Positions 19,030 to 29,217 of a stretch of 64,000 nucleotides of DNA are shown here, piece by piece. Positions within the stretch are counted from its first letter, which is position 1; every line of letters begins with the position of its first letter. The stretch is from Deltaproteobacteria bacterium (GTDB lineage Bacteria > Desulfobacterota > Desulfobulbia > Desulfobulbales > JAJRZW01), in NCBI GenBank assembly GCA_024275015.1, contig JAJRZW010000009.1, forward strand, positions 22,500 to 86,499, written 5' to 3'. The notes beneath the pieces were generated by a model. That model searched no databases. It was not told where the DNA came from and worked only from the letters and a program-made list of their open reading frames with translations. A program made the position numbers and the translations under genes.

Positions 19030-20175
19030 TCAGCCCTTATAAAAGCGATGATTTTTCCCGCCCAGAAGACAGAGAACCTCATAGCTTATGGTCGACATCC
19101 AGGCGGCGATCTCATCGGCGCTGATCTCGTCCTCCCCCTGCCGCCCCATGAGCACTACCTCATCGCCGGCGGCCACCCCGGCAATACCGCTGACATCCAC
19201 CATACAGGCATTCATGCACACCCGCCCCAGAATCGGCGCCCGCCGGCCGCGAACCAATACCTGCCCCCGGTTGGACAACCGCCGCGACCAGCCGTCATCA
19301 TAGCCCACCGGCAATACCGCGACAAGGGTATCCCGGGTGGTGACATGAGTGTGACCATAGCTGATGCCGCTTCCTGCGGCAATCTTCTTCACCTGCACCA
19401 CCCGACTGGTAAAACTCATCACCGGCTCAAGACCGGGTAAAAACTCACGATCACCGGGCCCCGCCGGATAACAACCATAAAGGGTGATCCCGGGGCGAAC
19501 CATGTCAAAACGGGCCTCGGGGAAACGTATAATCGCGGCGGAATTGGCCATATGAACCACCGGCGGATCTCCCTTCCGGTTAAAGTCACGGCAGACTGCG
19601 GTAAAACAGGCGATATTACGACAACTCTCAGCCTCGGAGCTGTCGGCCATGGGGAAGTGGCTGATGATCCCGGCAAGCCTGACCCCGTCCGCGGCATTAA
19701 TCCGGCCGACAAAGTCTCCCACCTCATCCGGCATAATCCCAAGCCTCCCCATACCGCAATCAACCTTGAGGTGGACACTGATCCGGGACCCAATCTCCGT
19801 GGCCCGGGCCGCGATCGCATCGAGCTGGAGAGGATCGTAGACCACCGGGACAAGATTATACTGCATAACGGCATCGATTGCCGCCGAAGAACAACCCAGA
19901 AGGACAACGATTTCAGCGTCAATCCCGTTCCGGCGCAGATTAACCCCCTCCTCCACCTCGGCGACTCCAAAAACCCCGGCCCCGGCGGCAACAAGAGCGC
20001 GGGCGCAGGGAAGCAGGCCATGGCCATAGGCGTCAGACTTGACCACCGCCATGATCCGCGTCTCCGGCCCGACCCGGTCGGCGATGCGCTGATAATTGCG
20101 GCCAAGGGCGTCAAGATCGATCCCGACCCGGTTAAAGACCGCCTCCTCATTAACGCACAGGCATTCAGGCATCAT
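19030..20175 (-). CDS. alr: Alanine racemase
   Basis: PLP-Lys motif AVVKSDAYGHG; 381 aa. Confidence 0.9.
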   Translation of the reverse strand: MMPECLCVNEEAVFNRVGIDLDALGRNYQRIADRVGPETRIMAVVKSDAYGHGLLPCARALVAAGAGVFGVAEVEEGVNLRRNGIDAEIVVLLGCSSAAIDAVMQYNLVPVVYDPLQLDAIAARATEIGSRISVHLKVDCGMGRLGIMPDEVGDFVGRINAADGVRLAGIISHFPMADSSEAESCRNIACFTAVCRDFNRKGDPPVVHMANSAAIIRFPEARFDMVRPGITLYGCYPAGPGDREFLPGLEPVMSFTSRVVQVKKIAAGSGISYGHTHVTTRDTLVAVLPVGYDDGWSRRLSNRGQVLVRGRRAPILGRVCMNACMVDVSGIAGVAAGDEVVLMGRQGEDEISADEIAAWMSTISYEVLCLLGGKNHRFYKG

Positions 20176-20626
20176 CTTCAGCCCGGGAAATTGCCCCCAG
20201 CAGGCGGCGACTTGAAAAAATCAGACCGACCCCGATGGCGCTGTAAACCAGGCCGAGGATATCACGGGACAGCGATGAATGACGAAGGAAACGGCCGAGA
20301 AGGACCATGGCCGCGATCATCAACCAGGTCCGCCAGGGATAAAGGCCGCCGAGACAACGCCCCCGGGGACGGTTGAGGATATGCCCGATGTTACGATCAG
20401 CGACCCGGTCAAGGACCATAAAGCCCTTGGCTATCCCGATTGCCGCTCCGATCAGGGCCAGATACCAATGGTCATGGGGCCGCAAAAAAACCAGACCGAC
20501 CACCAGCAGGGCAAGGCCGACAATAATCCAAATCGCCGCCGCCAGCACGAGCTGAGCCCGTTGGCCCGCCACAGGCTTCAACCGCCGCCATGGATTCTCA
20601 GTCTTTTTCGACATCGCTTTGACCAT
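20165..20626 (-). CDS. Hypothetical membrane protein
   Basis: 153 aa with 3-4 predicted TM helices; overlaps the alr start by 11 nt. Confidence 0.45.
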   Translation of the reverse strand: MVKAMSKKTENPWRRLKPVAGQRAQLVLAAAIWIIVGLALLVVGLVFLRPHDHWYLALIGAAIGIAKGFMVLDRVADRNIGHILNRPRGRCLGGLYPWRTWLMIAAMVLLGRFLRHSSLSRDILGLVYSAIGVGLIFSSRRLLGAISRAEDDA

Positions 20627-20811
20627 CTCCAGGAATAAAATACTCTACGGCAATCAATTCACAGAGGAGTTATAATCCCTGCGCGGCATTTTGCCAAACT
20701 TCCGAAACCGTCAGCGCCCTGAAACGGATCAGGGCGGGGCCGTATTCATGCAATCTCCCGGGATACCCCCGGAGAAGAAAAAAGGTAAGCGATCAATTAA
20801 CCACACCTAAT

Positions 20812-20880
20812 GCAAAAACAATCGCACTCTGTAATAGGGGTTAAAGCGCGTGTAAGGGTGGTGTTCATGGAGCACTTACG
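20812..20880 (+). repeat. Family C repeat, copy C1 (longest)
   Basis: GCAAAAACAATCGCACTCTGTAA...GTTCATGGAGCACTTACG. Confidence 0.7.
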
Positions 20881-21066
20881 AAAAAAGGCCCATCCCGAAG
20901 GACAGGCCGAGAATCAGCAACCGTTTTTTCTAATTCCCCCCCCCACGGTTGTCAATAAAAAATGGCGCTAAACGCCAAGTGTTTATTGACCACAAGCGGG
21001 ATCATGACTATCTTCCCGCCTGAGACGAATAAAGCCGGACAGGCCCCCCAGAACCAGAGAAAGGAC

Positions 21067-21453
21067 ATGAGTAATAAACCCAAAGCGATAAAAAAAAGAC
21101 AGCAGGAAGAACTTGACCAGAAGCACAAGGCCATGCTTTACGAACAGGCTATGCTTGAAGGGATTATCGAGGGCAGCCCCGACGCCATCGGGGTGGCGAT
21201 CATTCGCCTGAACTGCGGCTGCCGGAAGATGGCGGCGGTGGACAAAAATGGCGAACCGGCAAGCAAGGTGGTTATCTTCCGCGACAACGCCGCCAACATC
21301 TGCGATCTGTGCAAAAAAGACGACGGCGCCTTTGCCCGGGTAACCGAGGCCTTTATCCATTGGGACAAGGAACCGCAGGACCATCGAAAAAAGCAGGAGA
21401 TCGAGGTCAAGGTCCTGGGTAGCGTTCCCGCCCCATCTTCACAGCCGCATTAA
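21067..21453 (+). CDS. Hypothetical small Cys-containing protein (CGC...CDLC)
   Basis: ATG 21067 within ORF 20962..21453. Its 3' end overlaps the convergent cbiA-like gene by 47 nt. Confidence 0.35.
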   Translation: MSNKPKAIKKRQQEELDQKHKAMLYEQAMLEGIIEGSPDAIGVAIIRLNCGCRKMAAVDKNGEPASKVVIFRDNAANICDLCKKDDGAFARVTEAFIHWDKEPQDHRKKQEIEVKVLGSVPAPSSQPH

Positions 21454-22783
21454 AGACTCCTTCGCCCCATTCCGGGGTCGCCAGGGCATGTACATGGGTA
21501 TAAAGCCCAAGGACATTGTCGCGGCAGACCCCGTCCCGGCCCCCGGCAAATCCGGTCCCCCTCTTTACCGCGAAGACCAGATCGGCGTTGCTGCCGCCCC
21601 AGTAATCCACCCGGCTGTAACGGAACTCGTGTCCCAAGATCACCTGCCCCGGGGCGTAAAAAGGGTTGCCGCCTTCGGTCGAAAGTTCGGTATAGCCATG
21701 GGCCTGGGGTTTGCTCCGCATACTGAAGCGGATCGGCAGAACCCCGCTCATGGGCCAGACCCGGCCGCCGACATCAAGGCTCTCACCAAGAAAGATCAGG
21801 CCACCGCACTCGGCGTAAATCGGCAGCCCCCCGCGGGCCAGGCGTTTCAGGTCATCACGGAAACATTTATTATCGGCCAGGGCCGCGGCGTTGGTCTCGG
21901 GAAAGCCGCCACCGATATAAAGGGCGTCAATGTCCGGCAGGGAATCGGCGCAGGTGGCGTCAATCTCGACCAGACGCGCCCCAAACGAGGCAAGCTGGGC
22001 GAGATTATCCGGGTAATAAAACTGAAAGGCCGAATCCCTTAATATCCCGATGACCGGGCCGTCAGTTCCACCCCCTGCCACGGTATCGTCGTCGGGCTCG
22101 CAGGTCCCCATCAAAGTCATGACGCGGTCGCAATCTACCTGCGACTCTATCCTCGCCGCCAGCCGTTCCACCGCGATACCGGCATCCACATGCTCAACTC
22201 CGGGGGTCACCCCGAGATGGCGCTGGGGGAAGACATCCTCGCGACTGCGAAAAACCGCCCCCACCACCGGGACCCCGGCATCATCCTCGACCGCGGCGGT
22301 GATCACCCGCTCCTGGCGCTCGGTACCGATCCGGTTCAGGACCACCCCGACGATATCAAGGTCAGGTTCAAGGGTGCGACAGCCTAGGACCATGGCGGCC
22401 ACGGTCCGGGTGGTCTTGGTGCAGTCGACCACCAGCAGCACCGGTAGACCCAGAATACGGGCAAGCTCGGCGGTGGAATAAGCACCCCGGGAGTCAACGC
22501 CGTCAAACAACCCCCGATTACCCTCGACAATCGCGACCCCGTCGGGGACGAGATGGCGCGCGAACGAGGCCCGAATCATCGAGGAATCCATCAAAAACGG
22601 GTCAAGGTTATAGCAGGATCGACCGGCCCCTTTTTCAAGCCAGCCGGCGTCAATATAATCAGGCCCCTTCTTGAACGGAGTCACCACCATACCACGATTC
22701 TTCAAGGCCCGGCACAGGCCTACTCCGACCACGCTCTTGCCGCTGCCGCCGCCAAGTCCGGCGATTATTACCCCTTTTGCCAT
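21407..22783 (-). CDS. Cobyrinic acid a,c-diamide synthase family amidase (CbiA/DsrN-like)
   Basis: N-terminal P-loop GLGGGSGKS and a C-terminal glutamine amidotransferase domain (AECGGLIFL). ATG at 22783. Confidence 0.8.
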   Translation of the reverse strand: MAKGVIIAGLGGGSGKSVVGVGLCRALKNRGMVVTPFKKGPDYIDAGWLEKGAGRSCYNLDPFLMDSSMIRASFARHLVPDGVAIVEGNRGLFDGVDSRGAYSTAELARILGLPVLLVVDCTKTTRTVAAMVLGCRTLEPDLDIVGVVLNRIGTERQERVITAAVEDDAGVPVVGAVFRSREDVFPQRHLGVTPGVEHVDAGIAVERLAARIESQVDCDRVMTLMGTCEPDDDTVAGGGTDGPVIGILRDSAFQFYYPDNLAQLASFGARLVEIDATCADSLPDIDALYIGGGFPETNAAALADNKCFRDDLKRLARGGLPIYAECGGLIFLGESLDVGGRVWPMSGVLPIRFSMRSKPQAHGYTELSTEGGNPFYAPGQVILGHEFRYSRVDYWGGSNADLVFAVKRGTGFAGGRDGVCRDNVLGLYTHVHALATPEWGEGVFNAAVKMGRERYPGP

Positions 22784-22900
22784 TCCTGCCTCACATTCCC
22801 ATCCCCGGGAAAAAGGGGAAAATTGTATCCTTGCCTGATCCGGCAACCATGTTTATTGTGTCTCTTCCATCTGAAAAAACAACCTGAACCAGGAGTTGAT

Positions 22901-23542
22901 ATGTCAGCTGAAAAACAGAAAAAAGATCTTAGCAGTGTAATAGAAGAACTTGAAAAAAAATGCAAGGAACTGCCCGATAACATCATGGCCCGCCACCACC
23001 TGGCCGTGGTTTACCGCCAGGCGGGCCGGGTTGAGGACGCCATGCGCGAGCTTGACTCGTGCCTCAAGCAAGATCCCCAATGCGTCGAGGCAATGGTAAA
23101 TCTCGGCGCCATCCTTTTTGAACGGGGCAGGCTTGATGAGGCCCTGGAGATGAACGAACGCGCCCTCAAGGTCAACGAGGAACTGGCCCAGGCCTATGCC
23201 AATATCGGTTTAATCCGCCAGCAGCAGGGCGAAGGCGACAAGGCAATCGAGGCCTATACCGCCGCGGTCGGCCATGATCCCAAACTGATAACCGCGTGGA
23301 TCAACCTGGCCACAACAAGAATCATGCTGGAGGATTTCACCGGAGCGGAAAAAGACGCCCGGGAAGCGATCAAGCTCAACCCCGACTTCGGCATGGCCCA
23401 TAATAATCTCGCGGTCGCCCTGTTCTACCGAAAGAAATACCAGGAGGCCAAGGCCGCAACCGACAGGGCGACTGAACTTGAATTTCCCGTTGACCCTCGC
23501 TTTCTTGAGGCCATAAATCAAGGACTTAACGGAGACACCTGA
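22901..23542 (+). CDS. TPR-repeat protein
   Basis: ATG 22901 with AGGAG SD; several 34-aa TPR units (AYANIGLI.., AHNNLAVALF..). Confidence 0.7.
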   Translation: MSAEKQKKDLSSVIEELEKKCKELPDNIMARHHLAVVYRQAGRVEDAMRELDSCLKQDPQCVEAMVNLGAILFERGRLDEALEMNERALKVNEELAQAYANIGLIRQQQGEGDKAIEAYTAAVGHDPKLITAWINLATTRIMLEDFTGAEKDAREAIKLNPDFGMAHNNLAVALFYRKKYQEAKAATDRATELEFPVDPRFLEAINQGLNGDT

Positions 23543-23546
23543 ACCA

Positions 23547-24677
23547 ATGGGCAAAAAAACCCAGATAAAAACAAAACCGTGGTGTCCGTTCTGCGGCCAG
23601 AAGGTTTCCCGCCCCACCCCGCCGGAGAAGCGGAAATTAGGGGAATTCAGCGCCGGCAGGTGCCAATGCGGCGCGGTTTACACCTGCGACGCCACCGGCC
23701 ATAATGTCGGCGCCGCCATGGTCGAGGCCCTGGTCTATGCCTGCAACGACGACTGGGACCTCGCCTGGGAACTGATTCCCGAGGACGACTACCTTACCGG
23801 CCGGGTAGAAAATTACGACGAGACCGGGCATCAGGTCATGGAACAAAAACATATTGATGGCCGTTACGTCCGCGGGGTCCTCTATTTTGTCCGCCTCCAC
23901 CGTGACATCGCCGAGATCAGCGAGCGAGTGAAGGGAAAAAGGCAAGGCACGGGCAGCGGTCATACCGACGGTAACGATACCCTGGCTCTCGAACCGGAAC
24001 GTGATCCGAAACGTCAACGTAAAAAAGCGAAAAAGGCCGAAGTAAAAAAACTCCTGGCCGACCGCGACATCGACACCCTGGTCGATTTTGCCTTTGACGA
24101 CATCAAGACTCTGTGGTTCATGCAACGCAGCCTCTACGACCCCGATCCGGACCAACGATGGCTCACCGCCCACCTGCTGGCCGAGGTCTGCCGACGCCTT
24201 TCCACCCGGGAACCAGGGCCGGTAAGCGACCTCCTGCACCGTTTATTTGAGGCGGTGGCCGATTCAGCCGCGGCCAGCTGGGGACTGATCGAGGCCATCG
24301 GCTCGATCATCTCCGCCCGGCCGGACATTTACGGGGCCTTTGGCCGCCACCTGCTACCATATTTAGGGCATGAGTCAACCAGAAACGAGGTTCTCTGGGG
24401 CTTGGGAAGCCTGGCACGCAGCAGAGCCGACCTGATTCGAGCCATGCCCTATTACCAGATCTTCAACTTCCTTGCCTCAACCAATCCCATTACCCGGGGG
24501 CTATGTCTGCGCCTGATCGGCAACATGAGAGCAACCGAGGTCAGCGACCGGGTCAAATCGCTTGTCGATGATGAGAGCGAAATCGTAATCCACGAAAAGG
24601 GGCTGCCGCTGAAAACCACCGTCGCCGCGATGGCCCGGGGCGCGATTGCGGCGATTGAGACGGATAACAACTTATAG
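23547..24677 (+). CDS. Hypothetical protein: N-terminal Cys-rich zinc-ribbon-like region, C-terminal HEAT-like repeats
   Basis: CPFCG..CQCG near the N-terminus, a basic linker and a helical repeat C-terminus. Confidence 0.55.
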   Translation: MGKKTQIKTKPWCPFCGQKVSRPTPPEKRKLGEFSAGRCQCGAVYTCDATGHNVGAAMVEALVYACNDDWDLAWELIPEDDYLTGRVENYDETGHQVMEQKHIDGRYVRGVLYFVRLHRDIAEISERVKGKRQGTGSGHTDGNDTLALEPERDPKRQRKKAKKAEVKKLLADRDIDTLVDFAFDDIKTLWFMQRSLYDPDPDQRWLTAHLLAEVCRRLSTREPGPVSDLLHRLFEAVADSAAASWGLIEAIGSIISARPDIYGAFGRHLLPYLGHESTRNEVLWGLGSLARSRADLIRAMPYYQIFNFLASTNPITRGLCLRLIGNMRATEVSDRVKSLVDDESEIVIHEKGLPLKTTVAAMARGAIAAIETDNNL

Positions 24678-24701
24678 TGACCTTTACAAAGGAATTTACC
24701 A

Positions 24702-25256
24702 ATGACTGATGCCGTAAAAGAAAAAAAAAGCCCGGCCTGGAAGGACTATGACGAGGCCCTGGGACATCTGGAAAAAGGTGAACTGAGCATGGCTGCCGCC
24801 GGTTTCCATAACGCCTTGAAAGACTTTGAGATGGAAAATGACGAAAAAGGCATCGCCAATGCCGCATCCCGGCTTGCCGACGTCTGTGTTGCAAAAAAAG
24901 ATTATTCCCTGGCGGTCGAGATGTTAGCGCGGGTGGAAAAAATCTGCGCCGCCGAGGATGACCATGTCAGCCTGATGTCGATTAAAAACAGACAGGCTTT
25001 CGCCCTGCGCAAGTCAGGCAACTACGAACGGGCAACAGCCCTCTATCTCGACCTCCTTGACACCTATCATACCTTTAACAACCCCGATGGCAGCATCAAA
25101 ATCCTTGAAGCCCTGTCTGAGACCTATGTCGATGCCGGCGACCTGCAGAAAGCGGCCGACGCCCTCAAAACCGCGGCCTCGATCCACCGCAATTTCGGTC
25201 ATAAACGCCACGCCTCCACCCTTGAAGAACGCGCCGCGGCAATTGAAGCAGGATAA
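24702..25256 (+). CDS. TPR-like helical repeat protein
   Basis: 184 aa helical repeat sequence. Confidence 0.5.
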   Translation: MTDAVKEKKSPAWKDYDEALGHLEKGELSMAAAGFHNALKDFEMENDEKGIANAASRLADVCVAKKDYSLAVEMLARVEKICAAEDDHVSLMSIKNRQAFALRKSGNYERATALYLDLLDTYHTFNNPDGSIKILEALSETYVDAGDLQKAADALKTAASIHRNFGHKRHASTLEERAAAIEAG

Positions 25257-25487
25257 CAACCCGTTTAAAAACGTAGCAAGCGCAGGCGGGGCAAGGAATA
25301 ATCCGGCGAGAAAGTACAGTTTACATGGGGTACCAGTCCGTTGAAAAACGGACTGGTCGCGGTGCATAGACGCACCGTCGATTTTATTGGGTTTGAAAAA
25401 TCCAATAAAATCGAGAGTTTGACCGGAACTCGTTTTGGCCAACCAGGAGTTAAAAAAGGCAGGACGGCTTTTTCAACAGTCTGGTAA
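25253..25487 (+). repeat. Family A composite: 21-nt A-type end (25253-25273), 59 nt of unrelated sequence, then full copy A2 (25333-25487)
   Basis: ATAACAACCCGTTTAAAAACG, then a full five-hairpin element ending CAACAGTCTGGTAA. Confidence 0.8.
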
Positions 25488-25869
25488 ATGAACATTTTTG
25501 AGTCGGATTATAACGCTGAATCGTCAAGCGCAGTAGTTTTCCAACGGGCCGATAAACCGTCGCGGACTCCGTGCCTGGTCGATTATCCACCATTGCCGGC
25601 CAATATCACCGCAAGACGTCAGCCTGAAAAAATAAATCACCGTCCTTTCCTGACGAACCAGGTACCTGATGGACTCGTAACAACTCTTTTCTGCTGAACT
25701 CTTCTTCCGCTTCCTGTAATCCCCTGGCGACAAAACCAACATCACCAAGTATCCGTTCATCGCCACGCCGGCATTATTTTGCTCCCTGTAAAGTCAGCAC
25801 GCCTTCCCATCCCTTGGTGCTGCCCTTCGGGCCGCCGCCGGTCAGCCCCCCTCCCGACAACAAACCGGC

Positions 25870-25902
25870 AAAAAAAAACAGGAGCCGAAGCTCCCGTTTT
25901 TT
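25870..25902 (-). terminator. Rho-independent (bidirectional-looking) terminator ending the dsrABD transcript
   Basis: A9-CAGGAGC-cgaa-GCTCCCG-T6. Confidence 0.6.
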
Positions 25903-25915
25903 CTTACTTTTACCA

Positions 25916-26106
25916 GATGAAATCGTAACAAGTCTCCGCTCCGGCTTGAAACGACGATTTCCGGACGGCTGACGGCGGGCGGCTAAAATCCCGAACTCGG
26001 GCTATGCCCTCAAACATGCGAGTTTTCTTAACCCATCCCGCCGCCCGGCACTTTTTTCCCGGAAATCGTCGAAGACACCTTCGCGGGTAATTGTTACGAG
26101 ACTGTC
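25916..26106 (-). repeat. Family B foldback repeat, copy B2
   Basis: About 80% identical by eye to the reverse complement of B1. Lies between the dsrD stop and its terminator. Confidence 0.85.
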
Positions 26107-26128
26107 TTGTAAAGCCAGAGACAAAAAA

Positions 26129-26368
26129 TCAGGTTCCCCTGCTTTCCTCGTCCTTGGCACGCCCTTTAGCGGCGTACATGGTGGTGCTGCCACTGGACCA
26201 GAAGACCATTTTGCCTTCGGTAACCATTTCATTGGCAGCTTTCTTGATCACCCGCGGCTTGCTGTCAGGATCACAGGCATAGAAATCCTTCAGATACAAC
26301 TGCGGTTTCGGGCCGTTAAGGGCCTTCTCAAGAATAGCTGCCTTCAGTTCTTCAATACTCAGAGCCAT
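26129..26368 (-). CDS. dsrD: Dissimilatory sulfite reductase-associated protein DsrD
   Basis: 79 aa; winged-helix-like sequence KDFY...KKAANEMVTEGKMVFWSSGSTTMY; directly downstream of dsrB. Confidence 0.88.
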   Translation of the reverse strand: MALSIEELKAAILEKALNGPKPQLYLKDFYACDPDSKPRVIKKAANEMVTEGKMVFWSSGSTTMYAAKGRAKDEESRGT

Positions 26369-26389
26369 TTTTCTCTCCTTTAATAAGGG

Positions 26390-27520
26390 TTACTTAATAT
26401 GGCTGGTGAACTTGAACTGGGTAGTGGTACGCCAAGTATCATAAGCCAGACGATAATCGTCAATGGACTTGTCACTAAAGGGAATATCGCATTTCTCGTA
26501 AAATCTTTCCCAACCGATGCGCTCGGCCCACTCACCGATCCTCTCGTACTTACGGGCGTTCTTGGCCCAGGCCTCGAGGATCTTCTTTACCGCCTGGACG
26601 ACCTCAGGCCAGCGCGGCGGATTATTGGGCAGAAAGGGAATAACCAGTTTGGAGAAGGTAGCACCGGTACGGGAGGCGGAAACCTTGCCACCGACCAGGA
26701 TGGCGCAGCCGTCGCCTTCGGGGTCAGCAAGCGGCATGGCCGGACACATGGTGTAACAGTTACCGCAGAACATGCAACGTTCGGCGTTAACCTTGACACT
26801 CTTGATCTCATCGCCGTTCTCAAGGGTAACCTTGGCCGGTTTGATCGCGCCCAACGGACAGGCGGAGATGGCCAGCGGGATCTCACATACACCGGTGATC
26901 GCTTCGTTGTCGACCATAGGCGGTTTACGATGGATACCGAGGATAGCGATATCGGAAGCATGAACCGCGCCGCACATATTGATACAGCAGGCCAGAGCCA
27001 TTTTGCACTTGGCCGGCAGTTTCATCTCGACGAAATAATCAAAGATCTCATCCATAACCGCCTTGACCACGCCGGAGGCATCGGTTGCGGGGGTATGACA
27101 ATGAACCCAACCCTGGGTATGAACCATGTTGGAAACCGAGGCGCCGGTACCGCCGACTGGGAATTTATTGCCCCGGCTGGCGAGATCATCGAGAAGCGGC
27201 TGAACCTTGGCTTCATCGTCAACCATGAACTCGGCGTTATTACGGGTGGTAAAACGAAGAATGCCGTCACAGTGCTTATCGGCGATGTCACACATCTCGC
27301 GAATATGCTCGATACTGATCAGACGGGCACTGGCGACACGGACAGTATAGCACTCGGCCCCACTCTCGCTGACATGTTTGAGGACACCGGGCCTGACGAT
27401 CTCATGGTAGAGCCATTTGCCGTAATTGTCCTTGATGACCTGGGGAAAAAACCGCTCATAATGGGGCGGACCAATATCTGTGATCCTGTCTTTCATCGGA
27501 TTTTCCGGATCGTAACCCAT
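26390..27520 (-). CDS. dsrB: Dissimilatory sulfite reductase beta subunit
   Basis: 376 aa; siroheme/[4Fe-4S] Cys clusters and a ferredoxin-like insert ([12 protein letters not shown]). Confidence 0.95.
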   Translation of the reverse strand: MGYDPENPMKDRITDIGPPHYERFFPQVIKDNYGKWLYHEIVRPGVLKHVSESGAECYTVRVASARLISIEHIREMCDIADKHCDGILRFTTRNNAEFMVDDEAKVQPLLDDLASRGNKFPVGGTGASVSNMVHTQGWVHCHTPATDASGVVKAVMDEIFDYFVEMKLPAKCKMALACCINMCGAVHASDIAILGIHRKPPMVDNEAITGVCEIPLAISACPLGAIKPAKVTLENGDEIKSVKVNAERCMFCGNCYTMCPAMPLADPEGDGCAILVGGKVSASRTGATFSKLVIPFLPNNPPRWPEVVQAVKKILEAWAKNARKYERIGEWAERIGWERFYEKCDIPFSDKSIDDYRLAYDTWRTTTQFKFTSHIK

Positions 27521-27574
27521 TTTTATACCTCCTTACTTGTTTAAAGTAGAATTAATTCAGTTTGCGGCGCCGGA

Positions 27575-28849
27575 TCACATCTTGTGACGTTCACGGAATT
27601 CCTTGATATCGCGATCCCATCCGCCCTCGACTTCTGCAGCCTCCCAGAAAACATAGGGATTACAACGAGGCTCTTTAACATGCTGCGGAATAGGCTCAAC
27701 TTCCATGACCCGCAGGAAGGAGGGCAGGCCGACCCTCTGCATGGTCTCACCGATACGCTCGCGGTTCTTGCCGAATTCCATCCACCAGTCCCAAGCCTTC
27801 TCGATAACCTCGATCAGATCTTCGAAATCATTGTCAGCAGTGGGTTTGACAAAGGGGATAACCATGGTGGCCAGCTGGGCGCCATCGAGGATAGGGGCCT
27901 TGGCACCCATCATGATGGTCGCGCCCTGATCGACGCCGGGGCGAAGAGCCCGGGGCATGACGTTGATACAGTGCATGCATCGGGTACACTCGGCGTCGTC
28001 GATCTTGAGGTCACCGCCTTCCATCCACATACAGCCGGTGGGACAATGGCCGATGACGTCTTTCTTGATATCAAAGGCACCAAAGGAATCGGCGATACCA
28101 CCACCGGCCTTAAGCTCGCCGCTGATGTATTTTTTGACTTCGTCCTGATTGATGCGGATGTTATCGCGCCAGGTGCCGATGACCGCAAAGTCACTCCGGG
28201 CGGCGGAAGCGACACAGTCGTTGGCGCAACCGGAGAATTTAAATTTGAATTTGTAAGGGAAAGCGGGACGATGAATCTCGTCCTGATAATGCATGGTAAG
28301 GGTATGACACGCGGCCTGGGTGTCATAACAGGCCCACTCGCACCGGGCCTTGCCGAGACAGCAGGAGGGAGTCCGGAGATTGGAGCCGGAACCACCGAGA
28401 TCCCATTTAAGCTCATGGGTCAGATCGAAGAACAGGGGCTCTAACTCTTCGGTACGGGTACCGAGGAGAACCATGTCACCGGTGGAGCCGTGCATGTTGG
28501 TCATGCCGGAACCATGTTTCTCCCAGAGGTCACAGACCTTGCGAAGCATCTCGGTGGAATAGAACTTACTCGACGGCTGATTGAGACGCACGGTATGAAA
28601 ATGGGCGACCCCGGGGAACTTGTCGGGAGAATCGGAGTAACGACCGACGATACCGCCGCCGTAACCAAAAACACCGACGATACCGCCGTGTTTCCAGTGG
28701 GTGATTTTATCCTTGTAAGACAGCTCCATCTGACCAAGGATATCCCAACACTCGGGATTTTTTTCCGCCTGACGTTTCAGGTCAGAGACAAAGCTCGGCC
28801 AGGGGCCCTTCTCGAGCTCGTCCATTAAAGGCGTGTCATGCTTGGGCAT
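27575..28849 (-). CDS. dsrA: Dissimilatory sulfite reductase alpha subunit
   Basis: 424 aa; the N-terminus MPKHDTPLMDELEKGPWPSFV is typical of DsrA; Cys clusters present. Confidence 0.95.
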   Translation of the reverse strand: MPKHDTPLMDELEKGPWPSFVSDLKRQAEKNPECWDILGQMELSYKDKITHWKHGGIVGVFGYGGGIVGRYSDSPDKFPGVAHFHTVRLNQPSSKFYSTEMLRKVCDLWEKHGSGMTNMHGSTGDMVLLGTRTEELEPLFFDLTHELKWDLGGSGSNLRTPSCCLGKARCEWACYDTQAACHTLTMHYQDEIHRPAFPYKFKFKFSGCANDCVASAARSDFAVIGTWRDNIRINQDEVKKYISGELKAGGGIADSFGAFDIKKDVIGHCPTGCMWMEGGDLKIDDAECTRCMHCINVMPRALRPGVDQGATIMMGAKAPILDGAQLATMVIPFVKPTADNDFEDLIEVIEKAWDWWMEFGKNRERIGETMQRVGLPSFLRVMEVEPIPQHVKEPRCNPYVFWEAAEVEGGWDRDIKEFRERHKM

Positions 28850-29006
28850 AGCAGATTCCTCCTTAAAAAATAATTTATTTGACTATAAAAGCCCTTCTTT
28901 AACGTCAAAGAGAAACACAGAACAACCACATGGCCGACTGTGCCTATTACCTGCGAACAAATAAAGACCAAATACATTATTATATGAATGACTATTCAGA
29001 GACAGG

Positions 29007-29035
29007 AGAATATTATCCCCCTCTGCCTTTGTCAA
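29007..29035 (-). promoter_or_regulatory. Sigma-70-like promoter candidate for dsrA
   Basis: TTGACA-17 nt-TATTCT on the minus strand, about 150 nt upstream of the dsrA ATG. Motif match only. Confidence 0.3.
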
Positions 29036-29051
29036 CAAAAAATGCGGCCGG

Positions 29052-29207
29052 ATAACAGTCCGTTTAAAAACGGGATGGTCGCGGCGCATGGACGCGCCGC
29101 CGATTTTATTGGGTTTGAAAAAACCAATAAAATCGAGAGGTTGACCGGAACTTGTTTTGGCCAACCGGGAGTTGAAAAAGCCAGGACGGCTTTTTCAACA
29201 GTCTGAA
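29052..29207 (+). repeat. Family A repeat, copy A3, full length
   Basis: All five hairpins are perfect or near-perfect. Lies between two divergent promoter candidates. Confidence 0.85.
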
Positions 29208-29217
29208 CAAGCTGAGT

